DNA from: Azolla caroliniana
Taxonomy: Eukaryota; Plantae; Polypodiophyta
NCBI GenBank assembly: GCA_043228905.1
Contig: JBHGNT010000016.1
Span: forward strand, 5,208,001-5,272,000
Direction: 5' to 3'
Length of the DNA: 64,000 nt
Under the pieces are notes generated by a model. The model was not told the origin of the DNA. It did not search any database and saw only the letters and a program-made list of their open reading frames with translations. Position 1 is the stretch's first letter, and every line of letters begins with the position of its first letter. Positions 1 through 11,201 of the stretch are shown in pieces. Both the position numbers and the translations under genes were made by a program.

Positions 1-352
1 GTGTGTATACATGTGTATGATTGAATACATTTCTGTGTGTGTATGATTGAATACATTTGTGTGTGTGATGGTTGAATACATGTATGTGTGTATTTAAGAT
101 CTTCTTTGGGCTGTGAATGTGTGTGTTTGTTGTATGATGAATACATTTATTTGGGAATGTGTGTGTATACATGTGTATGATTGAATACATGTATTTGTGT
201 ATTTTAGATCTTCCATGGGCTGCGAATGTGTGTGCATGTGTATGATTGAATACATGTTTGTGTGTATTTAAGATCTTCTATAGGCTGTGATTTAATACAT
301 GTATGTGTGCATTTAAGATCTCCCATGGGCTGTGTATGATTGAATACATGTA
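1..352. repeat. Degenerate tandem array (TGTGTATGATTGAATACAT / TTTAAGATCTT...GGGCTG units)
   Basis: The motif gtatgattgaatacat recurs about 8 times in 350 bp. Confidence 0.85.
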
Positions 353-532
353 TGATTTTGATTTTGCCAACATTTGAATGCTTGAATTTGCCCATGTGAT
401 TCATGCATTATTGGGCTCTTTTTTATGCCCACATTTGAATGTCAAATCTAAAATCTTGTATACATTCTTTGCGTTTTTTCTCCCTAAATAATAGTAATGT
501 AATGAATGCCTTTCTAAAAATGTTTTGTACAG

Positions 533-2089
533 ATGGCTAGTCGGTCCAAGATCTTCATAGACTTTGATGCAGATTGGGGTGAAACAATACCCTATGAAGG
601 GAGGTATGGCATGAATCATTTCTCTACTTTATATTGTGTATAAATAATAATGTTTGTGTGCTAACTTGAATGTTGGTTTAGGGTTTATGTAAGAAAGGGT
701 GTTAGGTGCCCCAAATCCAATGATACGGAGGCTGAAAACATCATTACTCAAGACTCGAGCATGGATACGAACCCCATGCATGACGTGGGTCCAGGTGTTG
801 AAGATATCAAAGTAAATGGTGAGTTTATGTCCATTCTTATAATCATTATTGATGTAAGCATATTTTGGGTTTTTCTAATGCAAATGTGACACCATTGTTG
901 TAGTGGACCCTATGTCCCTCTTCAAGTGTGGAAGAGACTCAACAGGTATCAAATGTCGCACCTGTATTGTGGGAGATTCGTGTAGAAAAGAGGGGAGATG
1001 GTTTCGAAAAAAAGCGGACATGGAGGCCCATTTACAGAAGGCACATGGCATCCATGTAATACTGCCTCGGGGGCTAAAGATAGACGAAGAAGAGCAATCG
1101 ACCTCCATGAGGAGTACAACCACATCATTCTTCAGCGAATACGAAAGACAACGATCAATAAATCGTTTTTTGGATCCGGAGCTCAAGTATAATAGATCAC
1201 GCCAATCACACGTGAGGAAGTTGAGGACAAGAGCAATAAAAATCTTCAAAGCCACTCCGGACTCACTTCGAACATGCAAGGAGGTTGATTTCATTGCTCA
1301 ATTCGTTAGCCAACAAATGGCCAGGTATGACGAGGGAAAGGAGCATAGGATGGCAAAAGTGAGGTTGAAGATTGCGGATGCGTCTAAAGATTATGTAAGT
1401 ATGGTTTATGATTTTGTGTGCATCTTATGTGAGTTTAAAACTTATGATTATGTGTGAATCTTATGTATGAATTGTAGTGTTTGCGTCATGGAATTCCCAT
1501 ACCAAAGGATGAGGCACATGTCGAGATCGATGGTGGTCAAGACCAACTGTCAGAATCGACAATGCAACAAGCAAGGAGGCCGAAAATCCAAATCCGCAGG
1601 AAAGAAGTGGACCCATGTAATTCGGAGTTCATTACATCATCTGACACAGATGAGGATGCAGACATTGGGATTGTCTTTGTTGGTCCAGGGACAATCTCGA
1701 AAACATGGGATAACTCTGCAAGAAATAAGTTCACCAGGTATGTTGTTATGCTGGGGGCATGATATCAATAGTTAACATCATGTTTGTTTAGTAGTTACTA
1801 ATCTAGCCTAATAAACAGGTATCAGGTGGCATGCCGACGACTGGATGTAGCGGTCTTCTTGTCGGAGATACAACTATGTTCGTTGATCACAGTAGGGGAG
1901 ATGGCATCCACATGGATGATAACCCTCTTCCATTTATGGATGGAGTACTCGCTGCCCCCCGAGATCAACAAGCGGTTTCATATTGTGGATCCGCTATTGT
2001 GGAGCTCCTTCGGAAAATCATGGCAAAATGGGCACGAAGGACTTTGGGCATATGACTACGTGGAGTCATTTTGCAATGGTTGTATATGA
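533..2089 (+). CDS. Spliced MULE accessory gene, ~409 aa, with a Cys/His zinc-finger-like segment and a C-terminus resembling the start of a Ulp1/C48 peptidase domain; probably 3'-truncated
   Basis: Exons 533-603, 682-818, 904-1394, 1478-1737 and 1819-2089, all GT-AG with matching phases (2,1,0,2) and no stops. Motif CRTC...C...F...MEAHLQKAH; last exon LITVGEMASTWMITLFHLWMEY...RFHIVDPLLW. Confidence 0.55.
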
Positions 2090-2408
2090 CTCAATGTAAA
2101 TCATTTTGGTTGTATATGAATCTCATTTTGGTTGTAGATGACTCAATGTAAATCATTTTGGTTGTAGATGACTCAATGTAAATCATTTTGGTTGTATATG
2201 ACTCAATGTAAATCATTTTGGTTGTATATGAATCTCATCTTGGTTGAATATGAATCAATTTTTGAATCTCATTTTGGTTGTATATGAATCTCATCTTGGT
2301 TGAATATGAATCAATTTTTGAATCGCATTTTGGTTGTATATGAATCTCATTTTGGTTGTGTATGAATCTCATTTTGGTTGTATATGAAAATCATTTTGGT
2401 TGTATATT
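2062..2408. repeat. Minisatellite of ~22-30 bp units (TCATTTTGGTTGTATATGAATC)
   Basis: More than 10 adjacent near-identical units. Confidence 0.9.
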
Positions 2409-2545
2409 GGAATTGTTTTGGGTGTCAAAAGAATAAGACTAATAGCTTATTGACAAGTAGTGAAGGCAATGGTTTTTGAGAAAGGCCAATAAAGAGTAAG
2501 TATATAGAAAGAGTGCTTCGGTCCTTACGTAAAGAATACATAGTA

Positions 2546-2787
2546 AGACATAATGTCAATCCATTTCAAAGACATAATAAGACTCAATGTCAATCCAATT
2601 CAAAGACATAATAAGACATAATAAGACTCAATGTCAATCCAATTCAAAGACATAATAAGACATAATAAGACTCAATGTCATTCCATTTCAAAGACATAAA
2701 TAAGACTCAATGTCAATCCATTTCAAAGACATAAATAAGACTCAATGTCAATCCATTTCAAAGACATAATAAGACTCAATGTCAATC
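2546..2787. repeat. Minisatellite of ~34-45 bp units (AAGACTCAATGTCAATCCATTTCAAAGACATAAT)
   Basis: About 6-7 adjacent units; shares GACTCAATGT-AATC with the preceding array. Confidence 0.9.
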
Positions 2788-2817
2788 TTATGACTAAGGT
2801 TAAAAATCGGGAGTGCC

Positions 2818-3920
2818 ATGACTAAGGTTGATTGGGCTTTGATCTTGCATCATGCCTATGCACTCCGAGATCTTGGGAAAGTGGCACATGTTCAACCCTA
2901 CCTGCATGGTGAACCAGGATCTCCCGCCATACAACCATTTATCTTGATACTTCAAGATCAATGGATGTTGGAAATGTGTGAGCGGTTGACCCTAAACAAC
3001 TCTTGGGCAATCGACTCGACATTTAAAACAAACCAATTTGGGCTACCATTATATGCCGCAGTTGCCCCCAATGCCATGGGAATTGGGATCCCATTATGGT
3101 ACATGCTTTGTAGTTCTGATAAGGGGTCAAACCATGAGCAAGTGGCATTAGAAACTTGTTTGAGAGTCATATTCGCAAGGATGCCCACGGTGAGGCCAAA
3201 TGCGATAGTGATCGATAAATGTTGGACGTCATATAATGCCATAACTAATGTGGTTGCAACAGACCGTCAATCTTGGATTGTTGTAAATGGGCAACGGTCC
3301 CAAACACATTTGTGGTTTGACATGTGTGTGGAGGAAACTCTGGCCCAAGTTTGGTAGAATGTTCAACTATGGACATGTTGACACTACCAATATTGTGAAA
3401 AGACATTGGCAGTTTATCAAGTATACTGCCTTGAGGGGAAGAATAAACCGATCAATTACCGACCTTCTACATGTCTTAATCGGGGACAGTGAAACTGGCA
3501 CTTGCATAGGAGGAACGGTAATAGAGTGGTACAAGCAACGACAAGAAATATGTGAGAGTGGTCGGTTTGCACCACGTGCGAATTGTAGGGATCAAAGGTC
3601 TCGACTTAAAGAAGCAGAGAGAATATTGGAAAGGTATGTCGAAAATAGACATCTCGCAAGAACTTATTGGCAGCAACAATAGACATCTCGTGCAACAATA
3701 GACATCTCGCAAGAACTTATTGGCAGCTCCCCAAACACTTCCAAATCCCACTCCGGAAAAATACAAAGAGGTGCTAGTCGGGCTAGGAGGAGATTGCCAT
3801 TGGTTGACCATGAGAAGGTTCGGTGTTTGCGTTGCGATGGCTTGACCTTGACTTCAAGGGACTCAAATGTTACATGTCGGGATGATTGCATCTTGCAATC
3901 ATCCCGACATGAGCCATAAT
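2818..3920 (+). pseudogene. MULE (Mutator) DDE transposase, broken
   Basis: WAIDSTFKTNQFGLPLYAAV (first D) and IVIDKC (second D) are present. A deletion/frameshift near 3310 removes the CxxH motif. TTNIVKRHW has K at the catalytic E position. A 31-bp duplication (3644/3698) marks a second junction. Confidence 0.8.
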
Positions 3921-4087
3921 CTTAATATGTATATTTCAATTTAGGGTTGTCAACATCTGACATTTTAATATTTTATGTAAGACTTGTTATTTGAACCTTT
4001 ACGTTTTTTTGAGAAATTTTATGGTCAGTTTCATGGAAAATATTTGTTGTACACTTACAATTTTGTGGAGTTTTTGATGTTTGTTGC

Positions 4088-4275
4088 TACAGAGTCGGGC
4101 TCCTTTTGACAGAGTCGGGCTCCTTCTTATTGATGTGATCTGACAGCGGGGCTCCTTCTGACAGAGTCGGGCTCCCTCTTGCATAGGCTGTTTGACAGCG
4201 GGGCTCCTTTTTGACAGAGTCGGGCTCCCTGTGGCAGAGTCGGGCTCCTTTTCGCAGAGTCGAGCTCCTTCTGAC
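4088..4275. repeat. Subterminal repeats of the MULE (GACAGAGTCGGGCTCC)
   Basis: About 9 copies of cagagtcgggctcc/cagcggggctcc in 190 bp. Confidence 0.85.
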
Positions 4276-4409
4276 AGACGTTGTCAGCTTTTTATCCATC
4301 TTGGACGGTGGAGATCGAACGCGCCATCAGTGATGTGACCTGCACCGTCCCTCTCCGCGATTCCCTCACTTGCCCCCTTTAATATTTGGTAGCAGTTAGT
4401 CACGACACA

Positions 4410-4745
4410 CATTACCTACCTACCTATCCACATCCATCCATCCATCCATCCATCCATCCATCCATCCATACATACATACATACATACATACATACAAACA
4501 AACTATACACACACACACACATGCATGCATGCATACACACACACATACATACATACACACATACATACATACATACATACATACATACAAACTATACATA
4601 CACACATACTATACATAGATACGTATTTTGTACATGAAAATACATATGTACAGATTGGTGAAGCAAACAAGAATTCGTCCATCAAAACAAATTAGTATAC
4701 ACAGACAGAGAGAGAAAGAGAGAGAGAGAGAAAGAGAAAGAGAGG
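4410..4745. repeat. Compound microsatellites (CCAT)n, (CATA)n, (CA)n, (GA)n upstream of SRP9
   Basis: Directly visible. Confidence 0.95.
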
Positions 4746-4747
4746 AG

Positions 4748-6688
4748 ATGTATATCGAATCGTGGGACGATTTCACGAAGCAATCTGTCGATCTCTTTCG
4801 ACAACACCCTACTAAGGTTTGATTCATTCATCCATCCTTCTCTCTGTTTATTTTTTCCTCATGTATAGCTTATCTCTTTAGGTTGTTTTCTTCAGACTCG
4901 ATATGTCATGAAATACCGGCATTGCGATGGACAATTAGTTCTCAAGGTCACAGATGACGTTGTGGTAATTCTTTTGTTTTCTCTTTCTTTACCTACAGTT
5001 TTTTGTTATGTTCTCCTTTTTGCTGTTTTCTGTTAGTTGAAGATTTCTTTCTGCATCTGTTCTTTAACTGGGTATTTTTATCCTTGTTAGTGCTTGAAAT
5101 TCAAAACAGACCAGCTCCAAGATGCAAAGAAAATGGAGAAATTGAATAATTTGTTTTTCACCCTCATGGCACGCGATCCAGAAGGTTGGTTTCAGCTCTA
5201 AATTTAAAGGAGATTCATTTGTTTCTTGGATTTTCGTTCAACATTCTGAAGGGAAAATTCATTCGTCTGTTGGATTTTAGCTCAAAAGCGGAAGTAAAAA
5301 GTAATTTGGTTTGTGGGTTTTGCCAAAGTTTTGGAAGGCAAAGTTGATTCTTTTTCTCTGGGTTTAATTGTACATCTGAAATGGAACTTAATGTGTTTTT
5401 AAGTTTTAAGAGCTCAAATTGGATACACCTGAAGTAGAGACTAGAAGGATGACATCTACTGCACAGCTTATCATACATCGAGGACAATGTCAATATGAGC
5501 AATGCAATGTCCAATGTGGAAAATACTCTTAAAAATATTTTAAGAGCACACCTAAGAATATCACAATATTGAGGCTGAACTCTGTTGATGGTCTTAGTAA
5601 TAGTTCAGTGAGCATGATTTTCATGATCATTGGCATATGCAAACACTGTGATTGAGATTCGAGAAGAAAAATAGAGCAGCTCATTTTCAAAATAAAAAAC
5701 TACAAGGGTGCTATAATATTTGACTTTTCAAGATGAAACAAAGTGTTTTTGCCCACATTGGCGAACACTGTACTAGAGTAAACAAAGAGTTGTTCATGTT
5801 TTGAAGACAAAAACACTTATTGGGATGAAGATCAAAGAGTTGACTTTGTACTCTAGCTAGTGAAAATCAACCTCATGGATTTGGGATGGAGTATGTGATA
5901 TATTGGATAATGCAACACGCTTGTTGTCCGAGCCTTATAACTCATACAGAATTGTGGATGAAATATAGATGCAATGACATCACGAGTGAAAAATGGGGAA
6001 TTTGTTTTAGTGTTTTTGCAAGCCAGGTAGAAATGAGAATGTGAGGACATTCAGGATTAAATATATGGTATCTTTCTAATAGTTTTTTTAAGCAGTTGGA
6101 ATGCGAATCTTGCAAGCACACTAGTTTGTCATTCGTCAATTAGAGGAGCATATGTATTAAGATCCGAGTAATGTCTTGCTGATAGCTTTTGTTATGGAAT
6201 TTGAATAATGGAATGCATCTTGAACTATAAAGGCTTATTTTGGATGATGTTTTAGATTGCCATTACACTATTTAGATAACTTAATTCTTCCGTTCTATCT
6301 TCTGTTCTTTTTTATTTTTATTATGTCTTTAGTGAGCTTCATGTTCTCGTGTTTTCTAAAACACTAGTACGTTTCTAGAATATGTAATGTTAATGAAGGT
6401 TAATAATAATAAGTCCCTTTAAAGCACAGTAAAATATGAGTTACTGGCGAAGATCAATCTGTGGTGTTTCAAAAGTTTTGTTGAAAATGTGAATATATGA
6501 GCTACCAGAGTTTCATATCTGTACATTTGGACTGTTGATTATATCTCACGTGAAACTTGTTAATTCTATGTGGATTTTGATAAAGTCTTTTATTTCTTTT
6601 TGATTTTGTAGCTGACATTACAGAAGAACTAGCAAAGGAGACACTTGCACCGCAGCCTGTAAAGAAGGGCAGAGGAAAGAGACAATAG
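4748..6688 (+). CDS. SRP9: Signal recognition particle 9 kDa protein, 102 aa
   Basis: Exons 4748-4816, 4896-4964, 5091-5184 and 6612-6688 (GT-AG) give MYIESWDDFTKQSVDLFRQHPTKTRYVMKYRHCDGQLVLKVTDDVVCLKFKTDQLQDAKKMEKLNNLFFTLMARDPEADITEELAKETLAPQPVKKGRGKRQ, which matches plant SRP9 throughout. Confidence 0.96.
5450..6150 (+). mobile_element. Heavily decayed Ty1/Copia RT-RNaseH remnant in SRP9 intron 3
   Basis: Broken motifs in the expected order: KQSVFA (~5736), an IYxDN-like stretch (~5897) and RVKNGEFVLVF (~5983). Confidence 0.4.
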
Positions 6689-8506
6689 ATCAAGAAAACC
6701 TTCTCTTCGGGAATATTTTCTATTTGATATCTTCAGATCCTCTAATCAGAATCTGACCCGACAAAGATTTTGAGCTGAGCTAATGCTAGATATACAATGA
6801 GTCAAACTGTAGTAAAAAAATTATGCCACATCCCTAATAATACATTTTCTTGTGATGTGCTTATTATTTTGTCTGACTCTTGTGATGCTTTATCTGTTAT
6901 GATCAAAGAGATTATTACATGAAGAGAAATCATTATGTAGACAGAAAATCAGTAATAGAAAAGCCAATTTGGAAGTAGAGATCTAGAGGAGAAAATATTA
7001 CTAAACTGTTGGCATTGTCACCATGGGAATGACATTGTTATTTTGAAGCTTAATTTTGCGAGTACTTCTGACCTATAAATGTCAGTATTTGTTATTGCCA
7101 ATTCTTGTTCACTGTGTGTACACAATTCATTCATAGATGTCAATTTTTGTGATTGATCAGGCTGTCCACAAATTTGAAGTATATATTTGTGCCTCTATAC
7201 ATGGTTGCGTCAATCAAGGTGGAGGATAGATGATATTAGGCTTTCACTTCACATCAAGTTTGATTAAAATGTCTGTAAATGTGATTATGTGAGGGAGGTT
7301 CTAACCCTTTGTTTAAAACTCTTTTAGTATTTTAAATTTAATTTATGTAGCCAGTTGGAATCGTTGTTAAGTTTGGATATTTTTATTAATGCATATGGGG
7401 GCATTTCGGTTCAGATAAATTATCCTTATTGTAAATAGAGTTTCCTAACTACCATTGCAAGTTAGAGACAAGTATAGATTTCACATGTGCTCAACAATTC
7501 CAAGATAAGAAGATGCTACAAGTTGGGGAATCCATATTGCCAATTTTTCATTATATGATTTGAGAAAATGATTGAAAGGATGTGCAATCTAGCTATACTT
7601 GAGTCAAGAGAAAAGTGGTACTGAATATGGGCCTTGCTTTATTCATCATTTGTTCACCTAAGGAGGGTGATTGACCTTTCTTCAAGATTGCCCTCCACCT
7701 TAATTTTATTTCTTGTTCCAAGAAATAGAATACATCCCTCGAATGTTGAATTACTTTACATTATCATTGAGATTCTTGTTGGTGTGATCAAGTTGAGCAT
7801 ATGTGCGTACAAGCTCTAATGTACATGTATGTTGTAATGGTGCTTTGAAACTTTACTTAATGTCTATTCTTTCTTTCTGTCATTGTATTGTATCTAATTG
7901 TTGTTAATCTCCTTATTCTTTTATAATCTCTTTGTCTCCTATTTCATTTTTCTTTCTTTTCCTTAACATGTCTTTGTTTCTTCTTCGCATTATTGTAAGT
8001 TTAAGAAATTAGGATTGTCTTGTGTAGAAAATGTTAAGTTTAAAGTTTGAGGAAGTATCCATAACCTTTGCCTTGCTTCCTATAGATTATTCCTTCAACC
8101 ACTTCTTCTTTAATTCTAACAATAAGATTCACTATATTGAGAGGGAGTACTAAGAATTAGATTAATCATGCTAGTAAGTTTTGCTGGTATTTTGCCATCC
8201 ACCATTGGGTGTTTTCGTCTTTATCTTCTTCGAATTCGTACATCGTAAATATTTCTGTTCTCCTTTTGCTTCTCCATCATCCTTTTTTAAAGAGGCATTT
8301 TCAAACCAATTGTCTCATGGGCCAATTTTGGCCTTAGAAGACGTTAATACAATTCTACTATCGAGACAATACAAACTGGATAAACTCCAAATTCAATCAT
8401 AAAATCAAAGAACTTCTTGATTTCCAATCAAATCACCCAAAACCACAAATTTCTTTCACTATTCTACCTTCATCTCTTTCCTCCTTCGACTATTCTTCAT
8501 CCCCCC

Positions 8507-8817
8507 CAGGGCAGGAATTTGACGGGTGTCATGCCCGTCAAAGGCCATTTTGCCCGTCAAAAACATACACCTACTAAAAATGTCCGTCAAGTGACATATA
8601 AAGTATAAAATTTTCCTTTTCATGTGAAAGGCCCCTTAAAATTATACATGTCAAATGACATGCTAAAATTTTATTTTCTATGTCATTATTCATATATATT
8701 ATATATATATACCACATATTGTCATATAAAATTTAAATATATGTACTATCATACTATCATCTATATAGTATCAAGATTCAATTTGACTATATAGTATGAA
8801 GTGTGTAATATACTAAA

Positions 8818-8870
<53 letters not shown>

Positions 8871-10352
8871 TTATAACACGCTTAAAATAATATCATATAA
8901 ATTGTAATGATGAATCCTCAAATCAATTTAAATTTTAAACAATAACCTTGGTGCTTTATTAAATACTCTAAAAAATACTAGAGTGTAGACTAGTCACTCT
9001 AGGTTTGATTTTAAGTTTTCTTAAAGTAAATGTTTTACTAACCTACTTTTTTATACATACTTATTACTTATTACTTAATACTTAATACTTATTACTGTGC
9101 TTTATTAAAAAATTAGGGTTAGTAATAACTTTTTAGTATAGGAAAAAGGTGAGTACTTACTACTTACTACTTACTGTTAGGTAACAAGTTATTTTTCAAC
9201 TTAAAAATGATTGATTTTATGTAGTCTTTTGTGCAGCAGAAATAGAACAAAGAAAGACATCCTTCAACCTTCAACATTTTTTAACTACAGTTAAAAAATG
9301 TAAGTTACCATGATCATCTATCATATTATGTTCATTTAGCAAGTTATTATATTGTTTTTGTATTACCTTAATACCTCTAAAAATAAACTAAAAGTATTTC
9401 ATTTCAATAAGGTTTGATTTTAAGTTTTTTTAAACTAAATGTTTTACTAACCTATTGTTTTATACATACTTATTACGTTTTACTATGCTTTATTAAAAAA
9501 TTAGGGTTAATAATAACTTATTAGTATAGGAAAAGGTGAGTACTTACTATTAGGTAGCAAGCTATTGTTCCAATTAAAAATTATTGATTCTATGTAGCCT
9601 TTTTGTGCAGTGGGAATAGAACAAAAACAGCCTTCAACCTTCAACATTTTTTAACTACATTTTAAAAATGTAAGTTACCATGAATATCTATCATATTATG
9701 TTCATTTAACAAGTTATTATACAATATTGTTTTTGTATTACCTTAATACCTAAACAATAACTTCAATGTCTCTATTATAGTGAAATGAAATACTTTTAGT
9801 ACATTTTTAGATGTCTATTATTTAAATAATTTCAGGGGGAAAACAAAGAACCAAGCACAACAACATTCTATTAAGACTATGTTTTGCAAGGCAACACATG
9901 TTAATGATGCTCCAAATAATGAGCACGAGGTGGTTACAAACACAAATGAGTCGAGATCTTCTTATAACAAACAAAAAAGAAAGTATTCGATTTGTATGAT
10001 TATTTGTTTGAAGCTTATTGTATCCACTTTGCAAGAATGAATTATGATTATGGATACATATATAGTTTGTACTTTGGCTTAAAAAACATTAACACTTTTT
10101 TGGTAAAAAAAAAACATTAACACGATATTTATTTTCTGTATTTCATTATCTTTGCGAGGTAGTTGTGTCTATTTGTGTACCTTCTATAGTAATAAAATGT
10201 ATAATAATGAAGCATCATATAGAGCTTTTCATTATAAGAAATTTGTATGTCAAATGACATGTTAATTTTTGCACTCTTACGTCATATGACATACATCTTT
10301 AAAAAATGCCCGTCAAAAAACTTTAAGACTAACCCGTCAAATTCAGGCCCTG
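8507..10352. mobile_element. Non-autonomous hAT element, 1846 bp
   Basis: 21-bp TIRs (CAGGGCAGGAATTTGACGGGT vs CAGGGCCTGAATTTGACGGGT, 2 mismatches), perfect 8-bp TSD ATCCCCCC (8499-8506, 10353-10360), subterminal CCCGTCAA repeats and an AT-rich non-coding interior. Confidence 0.92.
9001..9750. repeat. Diverged ~400-bp tandem duplication inside the hAT element
   Basis: aggtttgattttaagtttt...ccttcaaccttcaacattttttaactaca...gtattaccttaatacct starts at 9001 and again at 9410. Confidence 0.85.
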
Positions 10353-10380
10353 ATCCCCCCCTCCCCCTTCTCTCTCTCTC

Positions 10381-10505
10381 ACGCATAGAGACATTGAGCT
10401 TACATGTATGAATACCCCTTCTTAGGAAGGAGACACATGTATACTCTAGTCCCATAGGTCAAAACTAGCCTCTTTATGGACAATAAAAATTCTAATTCTA
10501 ATGCT
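10381..10505 (+). mobile_element. RTEX-like LINE family A, 3'-terminal ~125-bp fragment with (AATTCT)n tail
   Basis: Aligns by eye to 45985-46103 and to the reverse complement of 43804-43935; preceded by (CT)n. Confidence 0.8.
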
Positions 10506-11201
10506 CTCTTGCGCGAGTTCTAAGCTATTGGCAGAGCATATGATCCAATAGTCAAAAGGCTGCACGATGATGATGGGATCGCAACCCAACAATAAGAAGT
10601 TTGGGAAATGAATCATGATCGTCCTCTGCCCCTGATTGCTTACCCAACAATAAGAAGATTGGGCGGGTGGGCGGGTAGGGCGGTTTCGAGACATAAGAAC
10701 AGGTTTCGACAAATTCGTATGCCACCAAGCATCTACCTACTTCTCGTGATCGTCACTCTCTCTCTTGCTCTCTCTCTCTCATATGCAACCGCCCGAGTGT
10801 TGGAACTTGGTCGTCCCGCCCGCCATGTCAGCAACGCAGCTTCCCCCCCGACATTTCATTCGTGGCCAATGATATCCTGCCACGTTAGCAGCACATTGGC
10901 CCTAAAGTCATATAGGCTCCGGTAGGGTGATGTGTTGTGAAGCTTTAATGGCGACCTTGGAGACAAGAACGCGTAAAAAAGGAAGGGAAGAAAAGGAGGG
11001 GGGGGGGGGGTTTCGCTAGTATAAAAATGCCCTATGTTTTTTTGATTTCGTTTTCTCTCATAGAAATGTGGTTTCCTGCGGATCTGGCGACGACCCATTA
11101 TCGTTTCAGAGCCAACCGCATCTTCTTCTTCTTCTGATTCTGATTCTTCTTCTGATTCGGCTTCTGCTTCTGCTTTCTCTTCTGATTCTAATTCTCAAGG
11201 A

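Larger units (their letters stand above)
1..4377 (+). mobile_element. Right-hand part of a Mutator-like (MULE) DNA transposon, internally deleted; left end lies outside the window
   Basis: MULE transposase fragments at 2818-3682, a spliced accessory gene at 533-2089, internal satellite arrays, and subterminal CAGAGTCGGGCTCC repeats at 4088-4275 followed by a GC-rich end near 4377. The right boundary is approximate and no TSD can be tested. Confidence 0.65.

Noticed and set aside
2062-2787. Repeat arrays that superficially resemble CRISPR
   Set aside because: Units are contiguous with no unique spacers, there are no cas genes, and the context is a eukaryotic transposon.
4088-4275. Short repeats with variable gaps as a possible CRISPR array
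   Set aside because: Gaps are irregular and mostly only a few bases; the position fits transposon subterminal repeats.
4386-4827. Several 60-83 aa ORFs rich in H/T/Y/C/V
   Set aside because: Translations of microsatellites. The same applies to ORFs at 35145-35408, 43709-44212, 45964-46239 and 62854-63567.
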